Source: Symbiobacterium thermophilum | Lineage (GTDB): Bacteria; Bacillota; Sulfobacillia; UBA995 | Reading direction: 5' to 3' | Length of the DNA: 64,000 nucleotides | Assembly (NCBI GenBank): GCA_020725145.1 | Contig: DYFO01000003.1 | Location: 1,324-65,323, forward strand | In this document: piece by piece, positions 19,580 to 29,482 of the stretch | How the letters are laid out: every line of letters starts with the position of its first letter | Numbering within the stretch: position 1 is the first letter of the stretch | Translations under genes and position numbers: made by a program | The notes under the pieces: generated by a model | Seen by the model: the letters and a program-made list of their open reading frames with translations, nothing else | What the model was told of the DNA's origin: nothing | Databases searched by the model: none

Positions 19580-20060
19580 GGTAGTAGCATCGTCTTCAAA
19601 GCCGACACGGCTGCATCGAGACGCCTCACTTCTTCGTTCTCAGGCGTGAGGCTGGTGGCCGAGGAAGGTGTGTCCCTGGACGTGGTTTCCGCGGGGGAGA
19701 TCACGGTGGCGCTGGCGGCGGGCCACGCCCGGCTGGTCGGACTGCACTGCCATATCGGCTCCCAGGTCTTCGAGATCAAGCCCTTCGTCCGGTCGGCCCA
19801 GATCCTGGCGGGCCTGGTGCGGAGCCTGGACCTCCCCGCCCGGAGGCGCGTACGCGAGTTGAACCTCGGCGGTGGGCTGGCCATACGATATTTGCCCGGC
19901 GGCCACCCACTCCATGGCCAGCAACTACAAGCTGGTCCCCCGGCCGGCGGTGGTGTTGGTGGACGGCGGCAGGGCACGGCTGGGGGTGCGACGCGAGACG
20001 TGCGCCGACCTGTTGGCGCGAGACCGGATCCCGGCCATCGGGCCGGTCGCAACTGCATGT
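19580..20060 (+). pseudogene. decayed remnant of diaminopimelate decarboxylase (lysA)
   Basis: Fragments in two frames: AEEGVSLDVVSAGEI, HCHIGSQ, ELNLGGGLAIRY and the C-terminal MASNYKLVPRPAVVLVDGG ... RRETCADLLARD. Spans about 480 nt versus about 1.3 kb for an intact lysA. Confidence 0.5.
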
Positions 20061-20149
20061 ACCAGGGCCGCCCCGCGAAGCGCCGAACCGTGATCGCGGC
20101 CGGTCCTCATGTCGTACGCGACACGGGCCTGTAGCGCAGCCGCTTCGCG

Positions 20150-20178
20150 TTGACAACCCCCGACCCGCATGGTATATT
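20150..20178 (+). promoter_or_regulatory. sigma-A type promoter of the cold-shock gene
   Basis: TTGACA, 17-nt spacer, TATATT. Leaves a 5' UTR of about 60 nt ending in SD TAGGAGGA. Confidence 0.6.
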
Positions 20179-20237
20179 CAGTCTGTGCAGGCCCGGAAGG
20201 GTACCGCGCAGTACAAGCTTAGGAGGAATGTCAGGAA

Positions 20238-20447
20238 ATGCTCGGCCGAGTCAAGTGGTTCAACCCGGAAAAGGGTTACGGCTTCATCGAGAGGGAGGAC
20301 GGCGGCGGAGACGTCTTCGTGCACTTCTCGGCGATCCAGATGGAGGGCTTCAAGACCCTGAACGAAGGAGATGAGGTGGAATTCGAGATCGTTGACGGCG
20401 CTCGTGGTCCCCAGGCCGCCAACGTCGTTCGCGTGAGCCCTGCCTGA
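20238..20447 (+). CDS. csp: cold-shock protein (CspA family)
   Basis: RNP1/RNP2 motifs ([20 protein letters not shown]). Confidence 0.95.
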   Translation: MLGRVKWFNPEKGYGFIEREDGGGDVFVHFSAIQMEGFKTLNEGDEVEFEIVDGARGPQAANVVRVSPA

Positions 20448-20472
20448 TAGCCTTCGGCAGTTTCCCCCGGGG

Positions 20473-20508
20473 GGTGTCCCCCGGGGGTTTCTGTTCTTCG
20501 CAGGATTC
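20473..20508 (+). terminator. intrinsic terminator of the csp gene
   Basis: CCCCCGGGGG-GTGT-CCCCCGGGGG followed by TTTCTGTTCTT. A second hairpin ATTCCCG ... CGGGAAT plus a T-tract lies downstream. Confidence 0.7.
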
Positions 20509-20571
20509 CCGGGGCGCTTCGGGAATATCTTTTGTATCCGGCCGGTCGTCGTCCGGTGGGGAGGGCTGCCT

Positions 20572-21096
20572 GTGCAGATCCGCATAAGCGGCAAGAACCT
20601 TGAGGTTACCCCCGAGGTCAGGAAGTACGTTCAGAAAAAGGTGGGCAAGCTCGCCCGGTATTTCACCGAACCCCCAAGCTGCCAGGTCACGCTGGCCGTG
20701 GAGCGTGACCGGCACATCATCGAGGTGACCATGGCGCTGGACGGGATCATCCTCCGGGGTGAGGAAGCCGCCGGGGACATGTTCAGCTCCATAGATCTCG
20801 TCCACGACAAGCTGGAACGCCAGATTCGCAAGTATAAGACCCGGCTCAACCGCCATATCCGCAGGGTCGGGCTTGCCGAAGAGCCTCCCGCGCCCGTCGA
20901 GGAGGAGGAAGAGGAGCGGGTGGTCAGGGTCAAGCGCTTCGCCATCAAGCCCATGACCGTGGAAGAGGCCATGCTGCAGATGAACCTGCTGGGCCACGAT
21001 TTCTTCGTGTTCGCCAACGCCGATGACGAGGCCATCAACGTGCTGTACCGACGCAGGGACGGCGGTTACGGCCTGATCGTGCCCGAGTGGCGCTGA
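20572..21096 (+). CDS. hpf: ribosome hibernation promoting factor, long form
   Basis: Typical N-terminus (MQIRISGKNLEVTPEVRKYVQKKV) and C-terminal dimerisation domain. Confidence 0.9.
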   Translation: MQIRISGKNLEVTPEVRKYVQKKVGKLARYFTEPPSCQVTLAVERDRHIIEVTMALDGIILRGEEAAGDMFSSIDLVHDKLERQIRKYKTRLNRHIRRVGLAEEPPAPVEEEEEERVVRVKRFAIKPMTVEEAMLQMNLLGHDFFVFANADDEAINVLYRRRDGGYGLIVPEWR

Positions 21097-21126
21097 GACC
21101 CACCCCGCAAGGGGGCCAGATAGCCG

Positions 21127-22251
21127 GTGTACTCGGAAACGGTTACCGCCCTCCTGTTCGAGGGAGGCCAACCCCGTCCCGGTATCGAGCAGACGCTGGT
21201 TGACCTTCGCAAGCTGGTTGTCCTGGACAACCTGGAGAAGCTTGCCCGCGTGCCGACCGTGGACCAGGTGATGCTGGTCAGCAATTACCCCGACCTGGTG
21301 GCCGCTGCGCGTGAACTGGGAGTGGCCGTTCATTCCCCCCCGCCGGGCCCTTTCCACTTCGGCCGCACCCTGCAGGCGCTGATTCACGCCCACCGCCTCG
21401 AGAACGTGATCTGCATGGGTGGGGCGGCCGCTCCCCTGGTCGGTCCCGAGGAGTTCGCGGCCCTGGGCACCTTGCTCAAGGAGCACAAGAACGTGGTGGC
21501 GGTGAACAACGTGCAGTCGGCGGACATCATCGCCTTCACCCCTGCCCGGGCCATCGACCGCATCGACCCGCCCGCCGAGGACAACTTCCTGGGCTACCTC
21601 CTGCGCGAGAGCGGCCTGCGCCGGGTGCTCATGCCCAACTCGGCATGGATCAACTTCGACCTGGACACCCCTGCGGACCTGATGGTGATGGCCCTGCTGC
21701 CTCGCCTGGGGAACCGGCTGGCGGACGGCCTGCGACGGCTGAACCTCGATCTCAGCCGCCTTTTGCTTTTCAAAAAGCTGCTACGGGTCAAGGGATCCGA
21801 GATCGGCCTCATCGGCCGCGTGGGAACCACGGTGGTGTCATTCCTCAACCAGAACTTCGATGTCAGGGTAAGGGTGTTTTCCGAGGAGCGCGGGATGAAG
21901 GCCCTTGGTCGTGCCTCCCGGGGTGAAGTGGTGTCGGTGGTGGGTCTGGTGCTCGAGCGGCTCGGACCCGAGGAGTTTTTCGGCTTCCTCTCGCGAACCT
22001 GTCAGGCGGTGCTCTTCGATACCCGACCGGTCTTTGCCCAGCTTGCGCCGGGACTGACCGAGGAGGACCGTTTCCACTCCGACCTGGGCCAAGCCGAGCG
22101 CATCCGCCACCCCTTCGCCCGTGAACTCACCCGGGCGGCTTTCGAGGCGCGCATCCCCGTCGTCCTGGGCGGTCACACCCTGGTCTACGGGGGTCTTTGG
22201 GCGCTGGCCGAAGCCGTCCTGGAGGAAGCGGGCAAAACCCCCGTTCGGTGA
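21127..22251 (+). CDS. hypothetical protein (374 aa)
   Basis: Long ORF with coding-like composition and no recognisable motif. First gene of the hpf-secA insert. Confidence 0.5.
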   Translation: MYSETVTALLFEGGQPRPGIEQTLVDLRKLVVLDNLEKLARVPTVDQVMLVSNYPDLVAAARELGVAVHSPPPGPFHFGRTLQALIHAHRLENVICMGGAAAPLVGPEEFAALGTLLKEHKNVVAVNNVQSADIIAFTPARAIDRIDPPAEDNFLGYLLRESGLRRVLMPNSAWINFDLDTPADLMVMALLPRLGNRLADGLRRLNLDLSRLLLFKKLLRVKGSEIGLIGRVGTTVVSFLNQNFDVRVRVFSEERGMKALGRASRGEVVSVVGLVLERLGPEEFFGFLSRTCQAVLFDTRPVFAQLAPGLTEEDRFHSDLGQAERIRHPFARELTRAAFEARIPVVLGGHTLVYGGLWALAEAVLEEAGKTPVR

Positions 22252-22312
22252 TCTCGATCAACGACGCGGTGGCCGTCGTCCGGTATCATCGCCTTGAGGA
22301 TGCCGTCAGGAG

Positions 22313-23716
22313 GTGATGTCGGTGAAGATCGGGCCCCAAACCCGCGTCGGGACGCTCTTGGAGCAGTACCCCTTCCTGCAGGAAATCCTGGCCGACTACT
22401 CCCCGGAGTTCCGGCGCCTGCGCAATCCCCTGCTCCGTCGCACCTTCGGTCGTGTCACCAGCCTGGCCGCCGCCGCGAGGCTGGGCAAGGTGGAGGTCAA
22501 GCCCCTCCTTCAGACCATCGCCGCCGCCATCCGGGAGCGTACCGGCAAAGAGGTGATCCTTGCCTCGGACGCGACCGCCGGCGACGACCGCATGGAAACC
22601 CTCAAGCAGATCATCCGCGAACTGCACGAGGGCGGCGACTTCCCAGAACTCACCGCGCGGTTCGCCGCCGTCCTGCGCGACGTCAGCCCCACCGAGATCG
22701 CGGAGATGGAGCAGCAACTGGTCGAGGAAGGCCTTCCGGTGACCGAGGTCAAGCGCCTGTGCGACCTTCACGCCGCGGTGTTCCGTCGCTCGCTGGAGGA
22801 GCAGGAAGAACAGCACCTCCCTTCCGACCACCCCGTGAGCACCCTCAGGGAGGAGAACCGGGCCCTGGCCGAAGTGATCGCCGGTCTGCGCAAGCTACTC
22901 GAGGCGCTGGGCGACCGGCCCACGCCCGAGAAACTGGGCGCCCTACGTCCCGCCCTTGAGCAGGGCATCGATCGCCTGGCCGCGGTGGAACGGCACTACC
23001 TGCGGAAGGAGTACCAGCTCTTCCCGATTCTCGAACGGCACGGAGCCGAAGCACCTCCGCAGGTCATGTGGGCGGTTCACGACGACGTGCGGAAGCTTCT
23101 GAAGAAGGTTCGCGAACACCTGGAGCGCGGAGACCCGACCTCCCTGATGTCGGACGCTGTCCTGCTTCTCACCACGGTTGAGGACATGTTCTTCAAGGAA
23201 GAGAAGATCCTGTTCCCGATGTGCCTGGACTTTTTCACCGCCGAGGACTGGGCGGCGGTGAAAAGCGGGGAAGCCGAGTTCGGCCACCCACCCGCTGCCG
23301 CTCCGACCTTCGCTCCCGGGCTGTCGCTGCCCACCGGCGTGCTGACCCCGGAACAGTTCAAGCTCATCCTTGCCACCCTTCCGCTGGACATCACCTTCGT
23401 GGACGAAAACGACGAGGTCCGTTACTACTCGGAAGGTGACCGCATCTTCCCCCGGAGCCCGGTGATCATCGGCCGCAAGGTGCAAAACTGCCACCCTCCC
23501 GCAAGCGTGCATGTGGTGCAGAAGATCCTCGATGCCTTCCGCAGCGGCGACAAGGCCCTCGCCGAGTTCTGGATCGAGCGCCGCGGCCGCCTCGTGCACA
23601 TCCGCTACTTCGCCCTTCGCGATGCGGATGGTAGGTACCGGGGGGTCCTTGAGGTCACCCAGGATGTCACCGCCATCCGCCGTCTGGAGGGGGAGCGCAG
23701 GCTACTTGACTGGTAA
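22313..23716 (+). CDS. DUF1858/DUF438 - hemerythrin-like - PAS domain sensor protein
   Basis: N-terminal DUF1858-like region (LLEQYPFLQEILADYSPEF), DUF438-like region, His/Glu-rich hemerythrin-like helices, C-terminal PAS-like fold. Confidence 0.75.
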   Translation: MMSVKIGPQTRVGTLLEQYPFLQEILADYSPEFRRLRNPLLRRTFGRVTSLAAAARLGKVEVKPLLQTIAAAIRERTGKEVILASDATAGDDRMETLKQIIRELHEGGDFPELTARFAAVLRDVSPTEIAEMEQQLVEEGLPVTEVKRLCDLHAAVFRRSLEEQEEQHLPSDHPVSTLREENRALAEVIAGLRKLLEALGDRPTPEKLGALRPALEQGIDRLAAVERHYLRKEYQLFPILERHGAEAPPQVMWAVHDDVRKLLKKVREHLERGDPTSLMSDAVLLLTTVEDMFFKEEKILFPMCLDFFTAEDWAAVKSGEAEFGHPPAAAPTFAPGLSLPTGVLTPEQFKLILATLPLDITFVDENDEVRYYSEGDRIFPRSPVIIGRKVQNCHPPASVHVVQKILDAFRSGDKALAEFWIERRGRLVHIRYFALRDADGRYRGVLEVTQDVTAIRRLEGERRLLDW

Positions 23717-24478
23717 GTGGCCGAAAGGGAAAAAATCTGTCGTCCTGGAAGGAATTGCCCTACGGGTCTAGAAGCACTCCTCGATATGAACAAACACAAC
23801 GGCGTATCACAGGCAGACCTGCAGACAGCCTGCGAGGAGGTAATCCGCCAGGTCCGCGAGGTGCTCGCGGCCCGGGCGGTCCTGGGACCCGAGGGGAAGA
23901 TCGACGAGGTTCACGTGCTGGCCGGTCCGGGGCGCAGTCCCAAGCAGATCGTGAGGGACGTCGAGTCGGCCTGCATGGCGCGGCTCGGCATAGACCTGGA
24001 CCACAAGAAGATCAGCGTGGCCCAGGTCAGGGCGTCCCCGGTGATAGAGCCGGGCAGACGGCTCAAGTTCCGGGGGTTGTCCCTGGGGATACAGGGCTTC
24101 CGTGCGGAGGCCCGCGTGGAACTGGAGTGCGACGGCCAGGTCTTCCCGGGACAGGCCGCCGGCCCGGCCTCGCTCGCCAACCGTAACCGCCTGGTAGCGC
24201 AGGCCACGCTGGCGGCGGTGCAGGAGTGCTTTCATACCGAAGACGCCTTTTCCCTCGAGGATGCCTTTGTCTGCCAGCTGGGGAGACGTGCCGTGGCCAT
24301 GGTAGGCGTGAGCCTGCTCACCCGGGACGGCGAGGAGGTGCTGGTAGGCTCGTCCGTGGTGCGTGAGGACGAGCGGGAGGCCCTGGCCAGGGCGGCGCTC
24401 GATGCCATCAACCGCAGGCTCAGCTGGCTTTGCCGGGAGGATGTGAAGGGGGGCACGCACTTAGGGGAAGGAGAATAG
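23717..24478 (+). CDS. hypothetical protein (253 aa; the real start may be the ATG at 23786)
   Basis: GTG start immediately after the upstream stop. No recognisable motif. Confidence 0.45.
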   Translation: MAEREKICRPGRNCPTGLEALLDMNKHNGVSQADLQTACEEVIRQVREVLAARAVLGPEGKIDEVHVLAGPGRSPKQIVRDVESACMARLGIDLDHKKISVAQVRASPVIEPGRRLKFRGLSLGIQGFRAEARVELECDGQVFPGQAAGPASLANRNRLVAQATLAAVQECFHTEDAFSLEDAFVCQLGRRAVAMVGVSLLTRDGEEVLVGSSVVREDEREALARAALDAINRRLSWLCREDVKGGTHLGEGE

Positions 24479-24667
24479 CTGGTAGGGATGGAATATGCCG
24501 TCGAAGGGTGGAATGCCTCGGAACCTCGAGCTATGACAACTTGATTCCGGACCGGCGACCCACTTGCATTCAGGCAAGAGCACTTGAGCGGACCCCGAGC
24601 CGAGCGGCAAGCCCGGCCCCATAGCGGACGGGTCGGAGCCCACCACGGACGGGGGGTTAGAGTGAAG

Positions 24668-24745
24668 ATGGCACGGTTGGTGCGGGCCATCCTGGCTTTG
24701 CTGGCACTGGTTCTGGCCAGCGGGGCTTTCCTGCAGTGGGGCTAG
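24668..24745 (+). CDS. possible 25-aa hydrophobic micro-protein (MARLVRAILALLALVLASGAFLQWG)
   Basis: Short ORF in the 310-nt gap before the HD-GYP gene. Single predicted TM helix. No support beyond the ORF itself. Confidence 0.25.
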   Translation: MARLVRAILALLALVLASGAFLQWG

Positions 24746-24791
24746 CGAGTAGACAGGTCGCCGATCCGGGGTTTTGTAGCAGGAGGGCTGC

Positions 24792-26057
24792 GTGATGGTC
24801 CAGGCCAGGGCGAGGCGGTCCCAGAAGCTAACAGCCATCTACGTCTACCTGGTGATGGGCCTCGGAGTAGCCCTCCTTGTGTTCGTTGGGTTCCCGACTG
24901 AGATAGGCTCTGGAGTACTGCTTTTTGCCGCACTCACCTTTGCTGCCGAGATGTTGCCCGTGTCCGTTCCAGGCCGGCCCGTGACCATCTCCGTTGGACT
25001 CGCGACCCACCTGCCGATGGTCATGCTGTTCGGTCCCCAAGCCGCAGTATGGACGGCGGCCATTGCCACGGTGCGGCTCAAAGAGCTCAAAGGAAAGGTG
25101 TCACTGGAGAAGGTTATCTTCAACCGAGCTCAACTGGCGATATCCGTTGGACTTGCGTCCTTCGTGTACATGGGGCTGGGAGGCAAGGTAGGGGATATAG
25201 CGCTCGGTGAGCAGATCGTTCCTGCTCTGGGCGCGGCCCTTACGTGTCTTCTCACCAACATGACCGCCATATCGTTGGTGCTGAGCCTGAGCCTGCAAAG
25301 GCCGTTTTTGCAGACGTGGACCCCGCATGCCCGCTACGTAATCCCGCAGTGGATAGCCCTCACCTTTCTCGGGGTCCTGTTCGCCATCGTGTACTCCACC
25401 GCTGGCGGCATCGGGGTGATCCTGTTTGCGGTGCCGCTGGGACTGGCGCGTTACTCGTTCCAGCAATATGCCGATCTCCGAGAGGTGTTTCTGACCACGA
25501 TCAACGCTCTCGTCTCGGCCATCGACGCCAAGGACCCTTACACCCGAGGCCATTCAGCGCAGACCCTGAAGCATGCCGTGGCGATCGCACGGGAACTCCG
25601 GTGGGGTGACGATCTGATCGAACGCCTGCAGTACGCCTGCCTGCTCCACGACCTCGGCAAGATCGGGATCCCCGACTCCATCTTGAAGAAGGGGGAAAAC
25701 CTTACCGCCGAGGAATACGAGATCCAGAAGCGTCACCCGCAGATCGGCGCGGACATCATCAAGCCCATCAAGTTCCTGAACCGGGACATTGGCTGGATAC
25801 GTCATCATCATGAGTGGTTCGACGGTCGTGGTTATCCCGACGGGCTGGAAGGGGAGGAGATACCGATAGGCGCGCGCGTCATCGCCGTGGCCGATGCCTT
25901 CGATGCGATGACTTCCGTCCGGCCCTACCGCCCGGCCATGAAACCGGAAGAAGCACTTGCCGAATTGAAGAACAAGGCGGGGACGCAGTTCGACCCGGTG
26001 ATCGTGGAAGCCTTTGAGCGAGCCGTTCTGCATTCTTGTCCGGCGAAGGAAGCGTAG
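24792..26057 (+). CDS. membrane-anchored HD-GYP domain protein (putative c-di-GMP phosphodiesterase)
   Basis: N-terminal multi-TM region and C-terminal HD-GYP motifs (LLHDLGKIGIP, HHEWFDGRGYPDGL). Region GC is clearly lower than flanks. Confidence 0.8.
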   Translation: MMVQARARRSQKLTAIYVYLVMGLGVALLVFVGFPTEIGSGVLLFAALTFAAEMLPVSVPGRPVTISVGLATHLPMVMLFGPQAAVWTAAIATVRLKELKGKVSLEKVIFNRAQLAISVGLASFVYMGLGGKVGDIALGEQIVPALGAALTCLLTNMTAISLVLSLSLQRPFLQTWTPHARYVIPQWIALTFLGVLFAIVYSTAGGIGVILFAVPLGLARYSFQQYADLREVFLTTINALVSAIDAKDPYTRGHSAQTLKHAVAIARELRWGDDLIERLQYACLLHDLGKIGIPDSILKKGENLTAEEYEIQKRHPQIGADIIKPIKFLNRDIGWIRHHHEWFDGRGYPDGLEGEEIPIGARVIAVADAFDAMTSVRPYRPAMKPEEALAELKNKAGTQFDPVIVEAFERAVLHSCPAKEA

Positions 26058-26061
26058 AGAG

Positions 26062-26622
26062 TTGGCCCTGTACGGAGTGCTCCTTTCCCTGCTCGTAGGC
26101 GTTGTGCGCGGTGGCAAGCTGGGAGGCCTGGCCGAAGTACCGCTGCGCATGGTTCCGGCGATCTTCCTCGCTTTCGGCCTCCAGCTTGTCATGCACATCC
26201 CGTTGACCGCGAATCTGCCGGGGATGGCGCGGTGGGCCGGTGCGCTGCACATGAGTTCGTACCTGGTGCTGTTCATGGCCTTCCTGGCGAACTGGCGGCT
26301 TCCCGGGATGACCCTGATGGGGCTGGGAGCCGCCCTGAACTTCACGGTCATCGCGGCCAACGGCATGCGGATGCCGGTTTCGGAAACGGCGTTGCATGCG
26401 GCCGGCCTGAAACACCTGGCCGAAGCGCTGGCGGCCGACACGGTGCTTACCCACCAGCTGCTCACCTCCCAAACCCGCCTCAGCTTCCTGGCCGACATCT
26501 TCGCCCTGCCCCCGCCTTTCCCGCGTCCCTGCGCCTTCAGCGCGGGCGATGTCGCCCTGGTTGCGGGGGTCTTCATCTTCGTGCAGGCGGCCATGATGCG
26601 GCACCGGCGCGACAAGGGTTGA
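26062..26622 (+). CDS. small polytopic membrane protein
   Basis: Four to five predicted TM helices. Probable TTG start after AGGAAG, overlapping the HD-GYP gene end. Confidence 0.5.
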   Translation: MALYGVLLSLLVGVVRGGKLGGLAEVPLRMVPAIFLAFGLQLVMHIPLTANLPGMARWAGALHMSSYLVLFMAFLANWRLPGMTLMGLGAALNFTVIAANGMRMPVSETALHAAGLKHLAEALAADTVLTHQLLTSQTRLSFLADIFALPPPFPRPCAFSAGDVALVAGVFIFVQAAMMRHRRDKG

Positions 26623-26633
26623 CATAATCCGAA

Positions 26634-26662
26634 TTGCCCCCCCGCCGCTATCGTGTTAGAAT
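26634..26662 (+). promoter_or_regulatory. putative secA promoter
   Basis: TTGCCC, 17-nt spacer, TGtTAGAAT (extended -10). A second candidate is TTGACATAAT at 26619. Confidence 0.4.
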
Positions 26663-26678
26663 CCAGATGGACGTGGAC

Positions 26679-26702
26679 GGAGGAACCGGTGGCGGTTCCT
26701 CC
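26679..26702 (+). other. perfect 9-bp hairpin in the secA leader
   Basis: GGAGGAACC-ggtggc-GGTTCCTCC, about 55 nt upstream of the secA start. Confidence 0.5.
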
Positions 26703-26760
26703 CGGTCACTGAGGGCCGGGCGGCCGTGGGTCGCGTCGGTCCTGCAGCAGGTGAGGCAGA

Positions 26761-29478
26761 TTGCTCAAGGCCATAACACGGCTCGTGGTGGGAGATTACA
26801 ACCAGCGCGTGCTCAAGCGGCTGGCACCCGTCGTCCAGCAGATCAACGCTTTGGAGACGCGCTTCAGGGCCATGCCGGCCGACCAGCTGCGGGCGGTCAC
26901 GGGTCAGTTCCGCGAACGGCTGGCGCACGGCGAGTCACTCGATGTCCTGCTTCCCGAAGCTTTCGCTGCGGTCCGCGAGACCGCCGTCCGGGTGCTGGGG
27001 CAGCGGCACTTCGACGTGCAGCTGGTGGGCGGCATCGTGCTGCACCAGGGGAACATCGCGGAGATGAAGACGGGCGAGGGCAAGACGCTGGCCGCCACGC
27101 TGCCCGCCTATCTGAACGCTCTGGAGGGAAAGGGCGTTCACGTGGTGACGGTCAACGACTACCTTGCCCGGCGCGACGCGGAGTGGATGGGTCAGATATA
27201 CCGCTTCCTCGGACTGACGGTGGGGTTGATCGTTCACGGCCTGGATTATCCGGAACGCCAGGCCGCGTATGCGGCCGACATCACCTACGGAACCAACAAC
27301 GAGTTCGGCTTTGACTATCTCAGGGACAACATGGTGGTGGACGCCCTGCACATGGTGCAGCGTCCCCTGAACTACGCCATCGTCGACGAGGTGGACAGCA
27401 TCCTCATCGACGAGGCCAGAACCCCGCTGATCATCTCCGGTCCGGCCGAGAAGTCCACGGAGCTGTACGAGCAGTTCGCGCGCATCGTGCCGCGGCTACG
27501 CGAGGGCGTGGACTACACCGTGGAGGAGAAGGCCCACAGCGTGGCGCCCACCGAAGAGGGCATCGCCAAGGTCGAGAAGATGCTGGGCGTCGGCAGCCTC
27601 TTCGACCATGAGAACATGGACCTTTCGCACTACCTGTACAACGCGCTCAAGGCCCACGTCCTGATGAAGCGCGACCACCACTACGTGGTCAAGGACGGCG
27701 AGATCATCATCGTAGACGATTTCACGGGACGCCTCATGTTCGGGCGCCGTTACTCCGACGGCCTGCACCAGGCCATCGAAGCCAAGGAAGGTGTAAAGGT
27801 CAGGCGTGAGACACAGACCCTGGCCACCATCACCCTGCAGAACTACTTCCGCATGTACCGTAAGCTGGCGGGCATGACGGGTACCGCCGCCACCGAGGAA
27901 GAGGAGTTCCGGAGGATCTATGGCATGGATGTGGTGGTCATCCCCACCAACGAGCCGATGATCCGCATCGACCACCCCGATGTGGTCTACCGCACCGAGC
28001 GGGGCAAGTTCGGCGCGGCGGTGGAGGAGATCGCCCGGTGCCACGCCGCCGGACGTCCGGTTCTGGTAGGCACCATCTCCATCGAGAAATCCGAACGGCT
28101 GAGCGAGCTGCTCGGGCGCAGGGGCATTCCCCACCAGGTGCTCAACGCCAAGTACCACGACCGCGAGGCGGAGATCATCGCCCAGGCCGGCAGGCTGAAG
28201 GCGGTCACCATCGCCACCAACATGGCCGGACGGGGTACCGACATCATGCTCGGCGGCAATCCGGAGTACCTGGCCCGGCAGCGCCTGCGCGCCGAGGGGG
28301 TGCCGCCGCGGGTGCTGGCGCTGGCCACCACCGAGGACGTGACATCCGACGATCCCGAGGTGATGGAAGCCAGGGAACGCTACCGCGTGCTGCTGGCGGA
28401 GATGAAGGCCGAGACCGACCGCGAGCACGGAGAAGTGGTGCGCCTGGGCGGGTTGCACATCATCGGCACCGAGCGGCATGAGGCCCGCCGCATCGACAAC
28501 CAGCTGCGGGGCCGGGCCGGCCGACAGGGAGATCCCGGTTCCTCGCGCTTTTACATCTCGCTGGAAGACGATCTCATGCGGCTGTTCGGCTCGGAGAGCA
28601 TCATGGGCATCCTGGAGCGCCTGGGGCTTGAGGAGGACCAGCCCATCGAGCACGGCCTCATCACCCGGGCGATCGAGAACGCGCAGAAGAAGGTGGAGGC
28701 CCGCAACTTCAGCATCCGCCGCCATGTGCTCGAGTACGACGACGTGATGAACAAGCAGCGGGAGATCATCTACGAGCAGCGGCGCAAGGTGCTACTGGGC
28801 ACCGACCTCAGGGAGACGGTCGAGGGAATCATCGCCGGCCTTGTCGACCGCATGCTGGAGATCTACTGCGGCAAGGGGGTCCACCGTGAGGATTGGGATC
28901 TGGAAGGCCTCGTGGAGTACGCCGAGGGGTTCTTCCTGCCCCACGGGCGTTACCGGGCGTCCGACCTCGCGGGCTGCGATCGCACCCAGATCCGCGAGCG
29001 GCTGCTGGCGGTGGCTCGCGAAGCCTACGCCGAGAAGGAGAGGACGCTGGGCCCCGAGCTCATGCGGCAGCTGGAAAGATACGTGATGCTGCGGGTGGTC
29101 GACCAGAAGTGGATGGACCACCTGGATGCTATGGACGACCTCCGCGAAGGCGTCGGCCTGCGTGCTTACGGGCAGCAGGACCCGCTCATCGAGTACAAGC
29201 GTGAGGCCTACGAGATGTTCCAGGAGATGGTGCGCGCCATCCAGGAAGATACCGTCCGCTACCTGTACCGGGTGTCCGTCGTGCAGCAGCCCAGGCAGCG
29301 GCTGATGGTGGCGGCGAAGCCGGAAGCGCAGGCGGCGCTGGCCCGGGCGGCGGGGGCCGAGGACCAGGGGTCTTCGGTGCGGCCCCACCGGCCGGCACGG
29401 AGCGAGAAGGTGGGGCGCAACGCCCCCTGTCCGTGTGGCAGCGGCAAGAAATACAAGAAGTGCTGCGGCAAGGAATAG
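26761..29478 (+). CDS. secA: preprotein translocase ATPase SecA
   Basis: Full-length SecA with DEAD motor motifs and the C-terminal zinc finger [14 protein letters not shown]. Confidence 0.95.
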   Translation: MLKAITRLVVGDYNQRVLKRLAPVVQQINALETRFRAMPADQLRAVTGQFRERLAHGESLDVLLPEAFAAVRETAVRVLGQRHFDVQLVGGIVLHQGNIAEMKTGEGKTLAATLPAYLNALEGKGVHVVTVNDYLARRDAEWMGQIYRFLGLTVGLIVHGLDYPERQAAYAADITYGTNNEFGFDYLRDNMVVDALHMVQRPLNYAIVDEVDSILIDEARTPLIISGPAEKSTELYEQFARIVPRLREGVDYTVEEKAHSVAPTEEGIAKVEKMLGVGSLFDHENMDLSHYLYNALKAHVLMKRDHHYVVKDGEIIIVDDFTGRLMFGRRYSDGLHQAIEAKEGVKVRRETQTLATITLQNYFRMYRKLAGMTGTAATEEEEFRRIYGMDVVVIPTNEPMIRIDHPDVVYRTERGKFGAAVEEIARCHAAGRPVLVGTISIEKSERLSELLGRRGIPHQVLNAKYHDREAEIIAQAGRLKAVTIATNMAGRGTDIMLGGNPEYLARQRLRAEGVPPRVLALATTEDVTSDDPEVMEARERYRVLLAEMKAETDREHGEVVRLGGLHIIGTERHEARRIDNQLRGRAGRQGDPGSSRFYISLEDDLMRLFGSESIMGILERLGLEEDQPIEHGLITRAIENAQKKVEARNFSIRRHVLEYDDVMNKQREIIYEQRRKVLLGTDLRETVEGIIAGLVDRMLEIYCGKGVHREDWDLEGLVEYAEGFFLPHGRYRASDLAGCDRTQIRERLLAVAREAYAEKERTLGPELMRQLERYVMLRVVDQKWMDHLDAMDDLREGVGLRAYGQQDPLIEYKREAYEMFQEMVRAIQEDTVRYLYRVSVVQQPRQRLMVAAKPEAQAALARAAGAEDQGSSVRPHRPARSEKVGRNAPCPCGSGKKYKKCCGKE

Positions 29479-29482
29479 TGAG

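Noticed and set aside
19212-20240. Possible oriC, given the DnaA boxes
   Set aside because: No dnaA or dnaN adjacent, no obvious AT-rich unwinding element, and only one tight cluster. Better explained as a non-origin DnaA-box cluster.
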